From positions 9,734,001 through 9,798,000 of the forward strand of contig NC_092680.1 of the NCBI RefSeq assembly GCF_964355755.1: DNA of 64,000 nucleotides. The letters are read 5' to 3'. Positions 1 through 14,600 of the stretch are shown in pieces. Numbering within the stretch: the first letter of the stretch is position 1; the number at the start of each line of letters is the position of its first letter. This DNA comes from Antedon mediterranea. Lineage: Eukaryota > Animalia > Echinodermata. The notes beneath the pieces were generated by a model. It saw only the letters and a list, made by a program, of their open reading frames with translations. It had not been told where the DNA came from and did not search any database. The translations under genes were made by a program, and so were the position numbers.

Positions 1-28
1 TGTAAACACATTAAACATGTACATCTTA

Positions 29-185
29 AGCTCTGTTTACATTATCAAACTTATGTGACAACAAACATTGTTATGCTCATATATGTACATGATGTCATAT
101 TACTACCATATTTGGGTATATCCCTACCATATTCCGGTAAATCACACATTTTTGTCACATAAAGTTTGATAGTGTAGACAGAGCT
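29..185. mobile_element. Harbinger/PIF-like MITE
   Basis: TIRs AGCTCTGTTTACATTATCAAACTT / AAGTTTGATAGTGTAGACAGAGCT, flanked by TTA on both sides (26-28, 186-188). Related ends lie near 16385-16409 and 43925-43953. Confidence 0.7.
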
Positions 186-2669
186 TTATACACTGTGGCA
201 GTGATTGACTAGTTACCTTTATATAGATTATAAGGTCTTAGATGACCACCCTGTACTGTATGTGTGAACTCAAATACAATTTTAAAGATTGAGTTCCTAA
301 TTTGAATAATGGTAATTACTCTATTGTATAATTTAAACACAATTTGTTACTTATAATAATACTAATATATATTTCTAACATAGGTATGCTACAGCAAAGA
401 ATATATATCACAAGAATGAGTAACCTGCGATTTTCCCTGTAACAGTAATATTGTCCATGTGGTAGGGCGCCACCATAAGTGAGGATGTATACAACTTTTT
501 GTGATGGTTACACTAATCTAAGGTTGGACCACCGGTAGTATTTTCATGATAAAAAATGTATCAACTACATGCCAACATCATGTTAAATGCTGTTTGGATA
601 TTTAATTGTTCGATTTATGCAATTTATGTAGTAAATAGTAAAAACTGCCGAATAAACAGTTTGCTTCATCAACCAGACGCTACCCTGGGCGCGTTGGTGT
701 TAACGCGTTTTCATAAAGGATAGTTTAATAATATTTCTATATTTAACTTGTTTCTGGTAAAACAAATAAATGTTAATGAAATTTAACCTTGTATCCTATT
801 AATAACATGTATTTTATACTAATTTATATCATAAAAACAATACTTAAATTACCGGGCGTAGATTAGTATGCGGCAATGGTAAAGAATAGGCCATGCTGAG
901 TAACGCTTCGTTGATTTTTGGTGTTGCTGTTCGGCCTTTTTTGTGAACTAATTTAGTATGGTAGTAAATACTTTCCTTAAGAAGTGAATGTACACTAGTT
1001 TGTTATTAAATATGTATTATAAAATGTTTTACAACTGCAAAATATATTATAATAATTCTATTTAATGTGACATGTATAATATTAATATTATTAAATCAAG
1101 TCATATTTAGTCTGTATACATCTGCCCTTATGAGGGCGGGTATCACTCTCTGTTACAAATTTCTCATGCAAAAATCGTGGAATACTCATTCTTGTGATAT
1201 ATATTCTTTGGCTACGGTTAATTTCTTAATGATCACACCAACTAAACCAACAGCTGTACATTAGGTACATGAACAACATAAATAAATATATAACAGTTTC
1301 ACATTTATAAATAAATAATATATAGATATAAATATTGAATTAAATATTGAAATAATGGTGAGAATGGAAGGAAAATGAAATCAAGACTTTTTAATTGGTT
1401 AATCGCCGGTTTATAGTTATTGCCATGCTCTCAAACTAAACTGCTAAATGTGGATCGAGTCTAGGCCTATACACACATGCGACGCCCTGAGATCTTTGTC
1501 TTGGGATATAGTCCAAAATTCACCTTGAGCTATATCTTTAACCATGCCCCTCAGCCCAGTCAATATTTGTAATAATTGCTCTTAACTAATATAGCTACCA
1601 TAAATAATAACAAGGAGCTTTAGATAGTCACTGTGTTTATACCAGGACATTAGGACGTGCTTACTAGATTCTATGTCCAACAACACAATATACATGGGTC
1701 ATAGGTCGTAGCAAATTAAAAGCTCCCTAATATATGCAATTTACAACTTACAGGACATAAAGACAAATGCATTGATCAGAACTAGCATACACAAAGTAAT
1801 TGCTATGGTTTGAGCTTGGTACAATATTTTATATTTACAATTTACAATGATGTTAGCCATACTTGAATTTTTAATAATGTTTATTCATACAAAAAAACTA
1901 ATTTTGGTAACTTTACCAACTAAATATGCAATTCCAACAATATTAATAAAATCTTTGAATAAAACTGTTAACATTGGTAAAACTGATATATATATATATA
2001 CAAATGATATATAGTAAAACCGCTATTTAAGGGACACCTTTGGAATGCATAAAGTGTTCCCATTAATTGGGGTGTCACCTGAATATGAATTGGCTGTAGT
2101 GTTAAAACATTTCCCCTTGTTAATTTCACAGAAAACTGTTTCCTTTTGTTTTGTTTCTTAATTTACATCATTTGGTTTTGCAAAAAACAAAACACTTTTA
2201 AAATAAAATAACAAAAATAGCAGAAATAAAAAAATAGACAAAATATATAGCATCATAATATGTAAATTTCTATGTCAAGTTGTGGAAATAACTACAATCA
2301 TTATTGTAACACTAACAGCAAAAAAAAGAAGAATATTATGAGCACTAATATTTATATTGCAAATTACAATATTGAAAAACAATATACAAATTAATAAAAT
2401 AACATATTATTTCCTTTACATGTCCCAGATGTTCACTCATAAAATATTGACATTTACCATGAATTTTCTTTTCTTTCTCCACATATATTAAAATGAACAA
2501 ATTCAAATACATATACAATACATTTAAATAAATATTACACTACAATGCATAGCAGCTCTGAAAATATTAAAATAATTTTAATAAGTTGCATATTTAATTT
2601 ACTGTCATATTTTATTCAACTTTTTAACATGATAAATTGCACAAACTATCAGCATGAATGAAAAGGTTC

Positions 2670-5600
2670 TTAATCTTTTGGTTTTAACCCTGCACATCGG
2701 AGAGTAACGTACGGGATACCAACGTACTCCCATGTGTCTTTAGGCCAATATTTAAGCACTGGTCCCATCTCAGGACATTCGTTCATTGCATCGAAATAAG
2801 AAAAGAGAACAACGGCAGTGTAACCAGATATGAAGACCAGCAGATGCCAGAAGCAGTGAAGGTACGGAAAAGACAATGATTGCCAGGTATCACAGAACAG
2901 TTTATCATTCACCCAGCAAGACACGGCAACAAACCATAAACCAGCACAGCTTACTCCCAGACGTCTGATTCTTAAACAATGTGTTCTGTAAAGCATATTT
3001 AAAAAACATATCATTCCACTTTCATTGAAACTACAGTAGAAACCAAAAAGGGGAGGGCTTCTGGAGCAATAATACGTTGCCATAACAACTGGAATTGAGA
3101 TTTGCTGTAGGTGGGGGCTTAAAGAGGGAGTATGTTTGCTTTATGTGCGTTCTATATAATATAAATGTTCAGCATTTTACCTTTTCATCTCAAGATATAA
3201 AACAACTACACAGGGTAGAACAAAAGGCATCATGAAAAAAGAGTTCAACGCTGGCTTTATGCAGGCCATTACATTACTGGTCATTGTTATCATAAATACT
3301 ATCATTTTAAACATCCTCCTGAAAAAGATAAGACAACTAGAGTTAACAATGAACATACAGTACAGGCTAAAAACACAAGAAAATATGATTACATTCTAGT
3401 ATTGTTTTTACCCTACCAGTTTTATTTACTGGTGGTATACTAGTTACAGTATATTTTATTTTGTGATGTTCTAATGGCAATTAGTGAATCTATATTAAGT
3501 GATGTATATTTAAAAATAACTTCAGTCTATTTTCTAAATACTTTAACTTGTTTATTTATGTAAAATACTCAAAATAAGAAAAACAAAACGTTAGGTGCAG
3601 AGAAAGTTTTTTCTACTGAAATAATAGATTATTGTAACAATTGTAAGGAATGAAATAAATGTGAGTGAATCTCGCAAAAGACAAAACAAAACAATGAACA
3701 TACATTATCTGATGAAACTGAAACCAACATCAATAGTTTTAATGAAGAATTAATTTAAATCACTGTATCATACTTTTAAAATCATCTTATTTTGATTTTA
3801 AACAGATGCCTCACTAATAATAATAATTGTATAGCATAGCATTAACACTTATTGGTAATTTCTATTTTAAAGAAATTATATAAAAACTTTATTCTATACC
3901 CCTATCACATTAAATTCAACCATTTTGGGAGTGTAAAAAGATACTATAGATGAATACCATTGTCTTTTAGTAGTCTAATGTTAGTCTAATGGTAGGGCTC
4001 GCATATCTGAGGGTACTCGGTTCGACTCTCACTTTCAGTGGAATAAAGTTTGTATGTAAATTTAGGATACAGGTGTTCGAAATGTCATAGACAGATGAAT
4101 GAGCGCCAATTGGTGACAGCTGTACAATACGCAGCGCAATTTAGCAGTCACACATCTCTTAAATTTACATATCCATTTTTATATGAACTGTGATTTCATG
4201 GTTTGTGTAAATAGCGGGTAACGTTTTAAACTCTTGTTTGATAACACAGTAAACATTCATGATTAAGTTATTACAAAATGTAATCTTTGGATTTAATAGG
4301 GACTTTACAAAACACGACGGGAAGCCACAGGAAAGTGGTGCTTCTGAATAATTTATGCATGATCTTCAACAAAGTGGGCGGAGCTTAGTGAAATACTGTC
4401 GGTCGTCTTCGTGCAAGGGTGCGTAACTAATAAAACCGCTATGTTGACTGTATATGATTTTACGCTCAAGCAAACACAGGAGATTCGTCGTCCCCCCCCC
4501 CCCTTTACTGTCGTGTTTCGTAAAGTCCCTATTAAGGGGTTAAGGACGTCATAGTTCCTGTTCCAGAAACAGTAACGCTATTAGGTAACCTGTGTAATCA
4601 GATCTTCACTTATAGTAGAGCAGTTAACGCCATAAAAATAGCCAAGTTGTGCACTTTATTACCAAAGCATGAAACTTTCCACAAAGTTTCTTTGATGTAT
4701 ATAGATTCAAAATATCGGGGGGTGCCAAGTGCCCAACGTCCGGTATGGCGGCCATCTTGATTTCAAAATGGCCACCATAAAAACAAAAAGTGTTCATATC
4801 TTGGCAACTATAAACAGTAGAGACTTTATTCTGGTGTTAAATTGTTCACAAACCACATATTTCTATTTGCTCTAATAAAAGGTTTCGTCCAAAAATGACC
4901 GGAAATGATGTTTCTTCCAGTTTGACCTTTGACCTCTTATGTGTATATCTCAGTAGCTACTGATCATTTTCAATCGATTTTGGTGGCATTTTGTTCAGAA
5001 AAGAGACATTTATATTTGTAGTAATGAAACATTTTCACATAAAATGACTGGAAATACAATTTATAACCTAAGACATAATTATGTGAACATACTGTATGTG
5101 GTTTACATTGGTTTAAATGCACCTAATTTTTTTACCGAAATAAATGACACGGAATTATTATTCTGAATTTTTAACTTTTGATGTGATAGGATAGGCATAA
5201 AGTATGACAGATCACTGAGCTCATCTATGCCGACTTGTTTGCTAAACTGTGATTTGTCAATTGTTAGATAAAAGTTTTGGTCCTCTCTCCTTCATCTTTT
5301 TTTTTTTAATGTATTATACCATATGGACAATTGTCTGAAATAAAAATTGAATTGAATTGTTAGATGGCATTTGGAAATATTTTTGATGTAAAGTAGCATT
5401 CTTTCGTTGGCCTCTTTAATGTTGCATATGAGACAAGTTCGGAAAGTTCTCATTTTCATGAGTTAAGAGAAGAGAACACCGTCTTTCAAAGTAATTACTA
5501 CAAACTTCAGACAAAGAAGGGGATGTAAGACCATCCACTGACAAAGAAAGGGGTATAGGACCACTTACAGACAAAGAAGGGTATAAGACCATCCACAGAA

Positions 5601-8600
5601 AAAAAAGGAGGTGTACGACCATCCACAGACAAAGAAGGGGTGTCGGACCATCCACAGACAAAGAAAGGGATGTAAGACCACCCACAGACAACGAAGGGGT
5701 GTAAGACCATCCACATACAAAGAAAGGGGTTTAATACCATCAACAGACAAAGAAAGGGGTGTAGTACCATCAACAGACAAATAAGGGGGTATAAGACCAT
5801 CCACAGACACAGAAGGGGGTATAAGATCGTCCACAGACAAAGAAAGGGGTGTAAGACCATCCACAGACAAAGAAGGGTGCATAAGACCATCCACAGACAA
5901 AGAATGGGTGTAGGACCATCCACAGAAAAAGAAGGGGGTGTAGGACCATCCGCAGACAAAGAAGGGAGTGTAGGACCATCCACATACAAAGAAGGGGTGT
6001 AAGACCGTCTACAGACAAAGAAAGGGGTGTAAGATCATCCACACACAAAGAAAGGGGTGTAATACCATCAACAGACACAGAAGCGTGCATAAGACCATCC
6101 ACAGACACAGAAGCGTGCATAAGACCATCCACAGACAAAGAAGGGGGTGTAGGACCATCCACAGAAAAAGAAGGAGGTGTAGGACCATCCGCAGACAAAG
6201 AAGAGAGTGTAGGACCATCCGCAGACAAAGAAGGGAGTGTAGGACCATCCACATACAAAGAAGGAGTGTAAGACCATCTACAGACAAAGAAAGGGGTGTA
6301 AGATCATCCACACACAAAGAAAGGGGTGTAATACCATCAACAGACACAGAAGGGGGTATAAGACCATCTACAGACAAAGAAGGAGGGTTAGGACCATATT
6401 AACCAAGAAAGCATACAAAAATAAGATGCAATCAAAATAGGCCTACCACTTGGAAAACAATAAATTGTAGAATAACTGAGGCTTAATTGTCGAAATATAA
6501 AAAGTTCTTTGTATGGTCATTAATAATATATTGATATAAACACGATCATCATACTATTCATTTGACATTCAAATACAGTCTCGAAAAGAAGCTCATACTA
6601 TCACCTTTTCGAGGTTTTACGGTATTCAATAACATGTATGTTATTTCCTCTGTCAAACTATTAAAACTTTTAGCGAATCAGAAGGTGCCAACATCATTGA
6701 ACACAATGTTTACCAATTTTATGTACTATATACAATTTAAGTCCATTAATCATTTAATATAATTATGCCTATCAGGTCAAAGTTCAAAATTAGGTGCATT
6801 TAAGACCAACAAAAACCACATACAGTATTCACATAATTAAAAATCAATAAATTAATGTCAAAGGTCATAAATTGTATTTCCGGTCATTTTATGTGAAAAT
6901 GTTTCATTACTACAAATATAAATGTATTTATTCTGAACAAAATTACACCAAAATCGATTGAAAATGACCAGTAGTTACAGAGATATGCAAATACGAGGTC
7001 AAAGGTCAAACTGTAAGAAACGTCATTTCCGGTCATTTTTGGACGAAACTTTTCATTAGAGCAAATAGAAATATATAGTTTGTGAACAATTTGAGACCAG
7101 AATTAAGTCTCTAATGTGTATAGTTGCCAAGATATGAACATTTTTTGTTTTTATGGTGGCCATTTTGAAATCAAGATGGCCGCCATACCGGACGTTGGAC
7201 ACTTGGCACCCCCCGATATTTTGAATCTATATACATTAAAGAAACTTGGTGCCAAGTTTCATGCTTTGGTAATAAAATGCACAGCTCATGTCATTAACTG
7301 CTCTACTATTATGAAATCCGTAGTCCAGACCAACTCTAAATTGTCCTACAAAATGTCAATAATTAAAAAATTCTTAATATTGCTTAAACATGTGTAGGCC
7401 TGTGCTTATAGATGATGAGTACCCTGGTAAATTAACCAACTACAAATATTTCTCATTGTTATTTTACCTGTTACCCTTTAATAGTTTTGGATAAAACCTC
7501 CTTGGAAACCACATAGCAACGCCACACATCACAACCCATATTATGCTTAGTTCATCAAGTAGCTGGCCAACTAAACTTAATGTTGCATGAAAATAAACCG
7601 ATGATGCTCCGACAGCCACAAATAATAACCACATGATGTTGATACTGTTGTTCACTTGTTGTGAATACTGACGATATAGGTACCAAAGAAGAGGTGGAAA
7701 CAGGAAGAAGAAAATATTGCTAACCTAAAAAAAAACAAAAGAAAGAATTACACTTTAACTTTTATGTTTGATGGAATAAGTTCTTTAGGCTAGTGCATAT
7801 TACCTTCCATATTCAGCCTTAAATACTGTAGTTCCTAGTTTACAACATTCTTAAAATGTCAGCCTCTATAATTATAGCTTCCACTTGATATAGCTTCTTA
7901 ATGATTATTTCCTCTGGGAATATAGCTGCCTAAAGGCATGGTGCAAAAAACAAAATATCTTTGTACTGAGGTAGGGATTGAACCCAGAGAATTATTAAGG
8001 AAGGCAAAGAGGCCACCCACCCAGTTATAGCAGAGAAGAATGAATTAGTGACTTATTATTCTTAACTCTAGCTTTTTGTTTGTTCATCTGTCTCAATTGG
8101 GATCAAGCCACACTGAACCAACAGTAATATATTTCATGTTAAATGTATATATAGAGATCAACTTAATTTGATCTAGACACCAGTATGAATACAACAAATT
8201 TGTCTTATCATACAGTTGATTCAAGTTTTAAAAACTGGTCTGAAATTTTAAAATGAGACCAGTTAAAATAAAAAAAATTGGTATTATTATAAGGAGTCTA
8301 TACTACAGTATAAATGATTAACAAAATAATAATAATGAATGTGTTATTTAAGTCAAGTTTTAGTTTTAAAATAACAATTTGTCTGGTTGTAACGGAAGGA
8401 AGTGAAGAATATTCATAATGATTGAAGTAATCATAGGTCAAAACAAAACCAAAAATGACAGAATATTGCAAAAATAACCTGGTTTCTGTTTTTCTTAAAA
8501 TAATGTAAAAATGCAATTACCACACTGAGACACTAATTATTATTATTATTATTACAGTAGAGGGGACACCTTCAGGAACCAAAAAGTGTTGAATAGAGGT

Positions 8601-11600
8601 GTTGGCCATACTGTAGTGTTACAGTAAATTGCCTATACCTCATTTATTGAGAAAGTGCCCTTACCTGTAAATAATGTACTGTATACTATAATTATAGGTC
8701 GGAGGGTTTTAGTTTGTATTCAAAATTATCCCAGAATTAATACAAGTTTCATTTTCAATATTATTAATTATATATTAGTCTTGTACTGTACTGTACGTCA
8801 TATTTAATTATACTTTTACAGTGCATATTAAAAAACAAATGTACAATATTTCCTTCAATTTTACATTCATACACTGTAAAAAGATGGGTACTGTATGTCA
8901 TTGTCAGTGTACTGTATGTTAATAGAACCATACATACAGTAAACTCAAATGCTAATGATATGTCTGTGTAATGTAATAACTAATGATTCTGAATGTAACA
9001 AAGTTATACAGTAGAATCTATACTCTAGTAGCTAGATCAACTTTCGTATGCACTTTGAGGTCCAGAGAATTTGACTTCAGAAATTGGTTTAGGATGGTCA
9101 AACAATCATTATTGGCTTGGTTACACATTTTGAAAATGTGGCGAAAGGTCAAAAGGTCAGGGTGAAAGGTTATCAAACTAAACACCAATAAGTCCTTAAA
9201 TCTCGACAACCACTGGTCACAGCGAGGTAATTTTGGTCTCAAATTGATCAGAAGGTATACATTTATATTCAGTCTAATGGGACATTTTAGTAAAAAATGA
9301 CCGGAAATGCCATTTCTGACCTTTGACCCACACCCCAGGGCATGTATGTATCTCCGTAAACTACTGATTGTAGACACTTGAATTTGGTCTTAAATTGTTT
9401 GAAATAAACATTTTGTTATTTGTTGCACATTTTTAAAAATGTTACAAAAGGTCAAAGGGTCAGGGTCAAGGGTTATATGAACAAATATAAATAGATACTT
9501 GTATCTCGGCAACCACTCGTCGCAGTAAGTCAATTTTAGTCTTAAAATGTTCAGAAGGCATGCTTTCATATTCAATCTAATGGGACATTTTAGTCAAATT
9601 TAGTCAGAAATGCCATTTCTGACCTTTGACCCACATATCATGGCATCTTCATATCTCTGTAAGTACTGGTCGTAGAAACTTAAATTTGGTATCAAATTGT
9701 TCGAAATATACATATTTACATTCATTGTAATAGAACATGTGGTTAAAAGATGAACAGAAATACTATTACTAATGTTTCAAACAAAAAACTAATCTCTACA
9801 TAACTTATCCAGTAATGTACTTATGCAATAACTGATACTTTAAATTGTTTCAATTTCAAGTACTAGTTATTGCTGTCCCCAAGAACATTTTGATAGAAAC
9901 GTCAATCTCAACGGTTCTTTTCGGAATGCTAGAAGTAACTTGCCATGTGTATCCGATTAAACGCCCCGGGCATTTATTGTTCAAAGGGGTTTTGAGGGGG
10001 GAGGGGAGGCATCTTTATTTGGAGTATAATATGGTAACATGTATAATGAAATAAATACCACCTAGATGTAAAAAAATACAGCACAATTAATATCAAAAAG
10101 TGAAAAAAAAGCTTGGTAAATTGTAGATGGTAGTTAATGTAATGTGATACAATTATTTTGTAAATGCATGTGGCGGGCGTATTCCACATGATGTTCTATT
10201 GGAGGGAATGGTGGCGTTTATTTGAGGTAGGCTTTTATTCAAAGTGGGTGTTAATTCGAATAAATTTTAATAATTATAATCGTTTCTCAACTGATAAAAG
10301 GTACTTTACATGATTCGTTTTCTTCTTTATGGTTTTTAACGAAATGTTTCTGTCTTTTAGAATAAAAGTGACACTGCTATAGATAACATTAAATGGATCT
10401 TCGCTTCCAGGTGCCAGTATAATGATTTAAAACAATGACATATCATTATCCTGACACGATTGCACTCATAATAGATCTTCATTCTATCATCTGTTTGCTT
10501 GTGACTACAATTTGACAACAATCTTTTGCATATTTTTAAATGCCAATACATAGTTTCATACTATTGTACAATATGTCCAGCTTTCCTGAAAACACCCTTG
10601 TGTACTGTAGTACAGTGTTGTAGTAGGATTTTATCATGATAACTTCTGATGCTTTTATTGTCAATGCATTCAGTACCTAAAACATGTAAAAGTTTCTAGT
10701 GGTATTGATAATAAATCTCCAGAAACATATATTGTTTTATTATCTACACTGGGAACAGACGTGTATAATATACACCGACAAAACTTATACATATTATGTA
10801 CCGGTATAAGTTTTGTCAAAAATATTATGCAATAGTGTTACGGAATAATGACAATGAATTGATCTATTATAGTTGTCTCTGATACCTTTTATTACATGAT
10901 TGTACTTGCACCAGGATAGAATGAGGTTTAATCCAGTTATTATTCTTGTTATATTAATTATTTTTTTTTAATCTGGGGTGTATTTATTTGATTATACATG
11001 TTACCATTATTACACCCAAACAAAATAAACGCCTTCCCTGAATAAATAAATGCCCGGGCCTTTTATTCGGGTAACTATGGTAAGTTATTTCTAGCATTCT
11101 TAACTGTTGAGCTCGAGTATTTATTCGAATTAACACCCGCTTTGAATAAAAGCCTCCATTCCCTCCAATAGAACATCATGTGGAATAAACGCTCCGCCAC
11201 ATGCATTTACAAAATAATTGTATCACAACACATTTCATTAACTACCATAATCTACAATTTACCGAGCATTTTGACATAATTTTATCATTTTTAGGTTATA
11301 TGCATGATATGCATATAACCTCTTGATTCTGTCAAAATCTTTATTTATTTATTTATTTATTTATTCTTTCCTTAGCACTATTTTGTCCGTGCATTATCTT
11401 GTCATCAGTTTAATCTAGCTAAGTCAAGTTTTCAGAGTATATTCCTCATGGCCAGGAATCGATGTGGTTATATTTTCACGATGCGTAATCAAAAATTACG
11501 CGGTCTACGCGCGATTTTACGAAATCACGTTTGTAATCATATCTTCACAAGCATGAATCACAATTAAACAAAATTTGGTACTCATAAATTTCAGGTCATA

Positions 11601-14600
11601 TTTCATCATATGGCAATAAAATTACGTGCGTAGCGCATGTAACGCTTGCGTACGCGCGCTTAAAATGTTCAAAATTGTCAAAATTTATTTTCGATGAAAT
11701 TAGAGTACGTTTCATGCAATTTTAGCGTTTAAAAAATTGCCATGAGTGCGCAGATTTTTGCACGCGCACTGCGCGTTAAACGTTAATGCGCACTCTTTTT
11801 GCCCGATTTCTGTTTTACAATCTTTCTTTAATAATATCCTCATATTTGATTCAGGTTTCAACTCGAAATTGCGTTATACGAGCACGTCAAAAGTGACTGG
11901 CTACGCACGTATAAGTTAACAAAATGGTGAAAATATGCTAAATTTTAAAATTAATATATATCGTCAGAATGCAGGGGAACACCTATTTTTTATTTCATTT
12001 TCTTGAAGTGTATGTATCATATGTATGATTTATTATCAAATAAAGAGAACAAAAGTTGATTAAGTCATCATTAATTTGCATTATTAAATTTAAAAAAAAT
12101 AATTTCGACAATCAAACAAATTATGACATTTTCTTAGGCCAAAATAACAAACTTAACATTAACTTTCTTCCTTCAAAAATTCATATATTAAAGTTAAAAG
12201 TATGTAGTTTGACAGTGCATCATTTGTATACATTTTAAAGATGTCATTATAGTAAAACATTATAATTCATTGCGGTATGTAATAATCTATTTGCACCAAA
12301 GTGGTTACTGCATAGTAAATACACGGAGGAATTTTTCTACAACTTTTAGTCAGTTGTGTATGGCTCGGTGGTCTGTGCTCGTGTCTATGGCATTCAAGGT
12401 ACCGAGATCGAGTCTCACCTTGGGAAACGAAATAAGATTTTTTTTTTATTATCCGTATTGTTTGTTCAAATTTATTTCTTAGTGTATAGATTATACACAT
12501 GATTTATAATGAAATCTAGATAAAAATTAACTTATGTCTTTATTATTATGTAACAACAAATGTGGTTTATGACATTATACGCATATGGATCTTTGATCGG
12601 ATTGTGATACCGGCTATGGTGTTCGCGTTAGCAAGGTCCTATCATATATTATAAATAATTAAAGATTCTGAGAAAATCAATCAATCAATATATCTTTTAA
12701 AAATCAATTATCTTTATTTAAATCAATGCATATAACCTATAATTCGTCATAGTGACGAATTAAATCTAGTTTGATATTAATTGTGCTGTATTTTTTTTAC
12801 ATCTAGGTGGTATTTATTTGATTATGCTACCATATTATACTCCAAATAAAGATGCCTCCCCTCCCCCTAAAAACCCTTTTGAACAATAAATGCTCGGGGT
12901 GTTTAATCGGATACACATGGCAAGTTACTTCTAGCATTCTGAAAAGAACTGTTGAGCTTGACGTTTATATCAAAATTGTTCTCGTGGACAGCAATAACTA
13001 GTACTTGAAATTGAAACAATTTAAAGTATCAGTTATTGCATAACATTACTGTCTAAGGATAAGTTGTGTAGAGATATGTTTTTTGTTTTAAACATTAGTA
13101 ATAGTATTTTCTGTTCATCTTTCAACCACATTTTCTATTACAATGAATGTAAATATGTATACTGTATTTCGAACAATTTGATACCAAATTTAAGTTTCTA
13201 CGACCAGTACTTTCAGAGATATGAAGATGACCTGGTATGTGGGTCAAAGGTCAGAAATGGAATTTCTGATCATTTTTTACTAAAATGCCCCATTAGACGG
13301 AATATAAATGCATGCCTTCTGAGCATTTTGAGACGAAAATTGACTTGCTGTGACCAGTGGTTGCCGAGATACAAGTACCTTTATTTATTTGTTCATATAA
13401 CCCTTGACCCTGACCCTTTGTAACGTTTTTCAAAATGTGTAACAAATAACAAAATATATATTTCGAACAATTTAAAACCAAATTCAAGTGTCTACGACCA
13501 GTAGTTACGGAGATAAATACATGCCCTGGGTTGTGGGTCAAAGGTCAGAAATGTCATTTCCGGTCATTTTTAACTAAAATGTCCCATTAGACTGAATATA
13601 AATGTATACCTTCTGATCAATTTGAAACCAAAATTACTTCGCTGTGACCAGTTGAGATTTAAGGACATATTTATTGGTGTTTGGTCTTATGACCTTTCAC
13701 CCTGAGCTTTTGACCTTTCGCCACATTTTCAAAATGTGTAACCAAGCCAAAAATGATTGTTTGACCACCCTAAACCAATTTCTGAAGTCAAATTCTCTGG
13801 ACCTCAAAGTGCATACGAAAGTTGATCTAGCTACTAGAGTACTAGTTTCTACATACAGTATTATATAATAATATTTGCACATGTTCTGGTGATGACAATC
13901 CCAGCTCTTTAATACTATCATTTAGTTTAGAAAATATCTTTACGTCACAATTTATGTAATGTCAGTGTCAACCCTTATATTTATAATAATACAATTATAC
14001 TATTTGTAGTAGAATTCATTGCACTCTTCTTATCTACAGTACAATTTACCAAGCATTTGTTATTCTTTTTTACCACTTTTCATATCTATAGAGGATTTGA
14101 TTTGATTATAATGTTATACAGTCAACTCTCCCAATACCGGACACCTTTGGGCCGGCCAAATAAGTCTGGTTTTCCGGAAAGTCTGGTATTCGGAATGTGT
14201 TTTTAATGGTAAATATAAATTTGGGACCTTTTGGTCCTCAAAAAAAGTCTGGTATTGGGAGAGTTTCTGGTTTTCAGAGAGTCCGGTATTGGGAGAGTTG
14301 ACTGTATTATTAAAACTAAAAAATTAAACATATCCCTAGAAGCAGCTCCCTTAAATGAACTCCGCCTCCCCACCTCCGCCCTATAAGGGCCCTACCAAAC
14401 AATAAACACTATACTTTAAAATGTTGCCCTACCAAACAATAAACACTATACTTTAAAATGTCATTAATCATCAGACACTGTGAAACAGAGTAGGTTTTAG
14501 TTTTATGAATGTCAAGCATTTTCAATAATGGTAACCGACAGAAAACGTACAAGGAGCTCGTCCTTCTAAAACCTTTTTACCCGAGTCATTATCATTCCGA

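Noticed and set aside
5416-6402. Seven overlapping ORFs with repetitive SVDG/LCLWMV/RPST peptides, or a CRISPR-like array
   Set aside because: They are translations of a tandem minisatellite. There are no unique spacers, no cas genes, and the context is a eukaryotic intron.
8983-13921. Pairs of similar ORFs on opposite strands suggesting duplicated genes
   Set aside because: They are the two arms of the inverted repeat, with no recognisable protein motifs.
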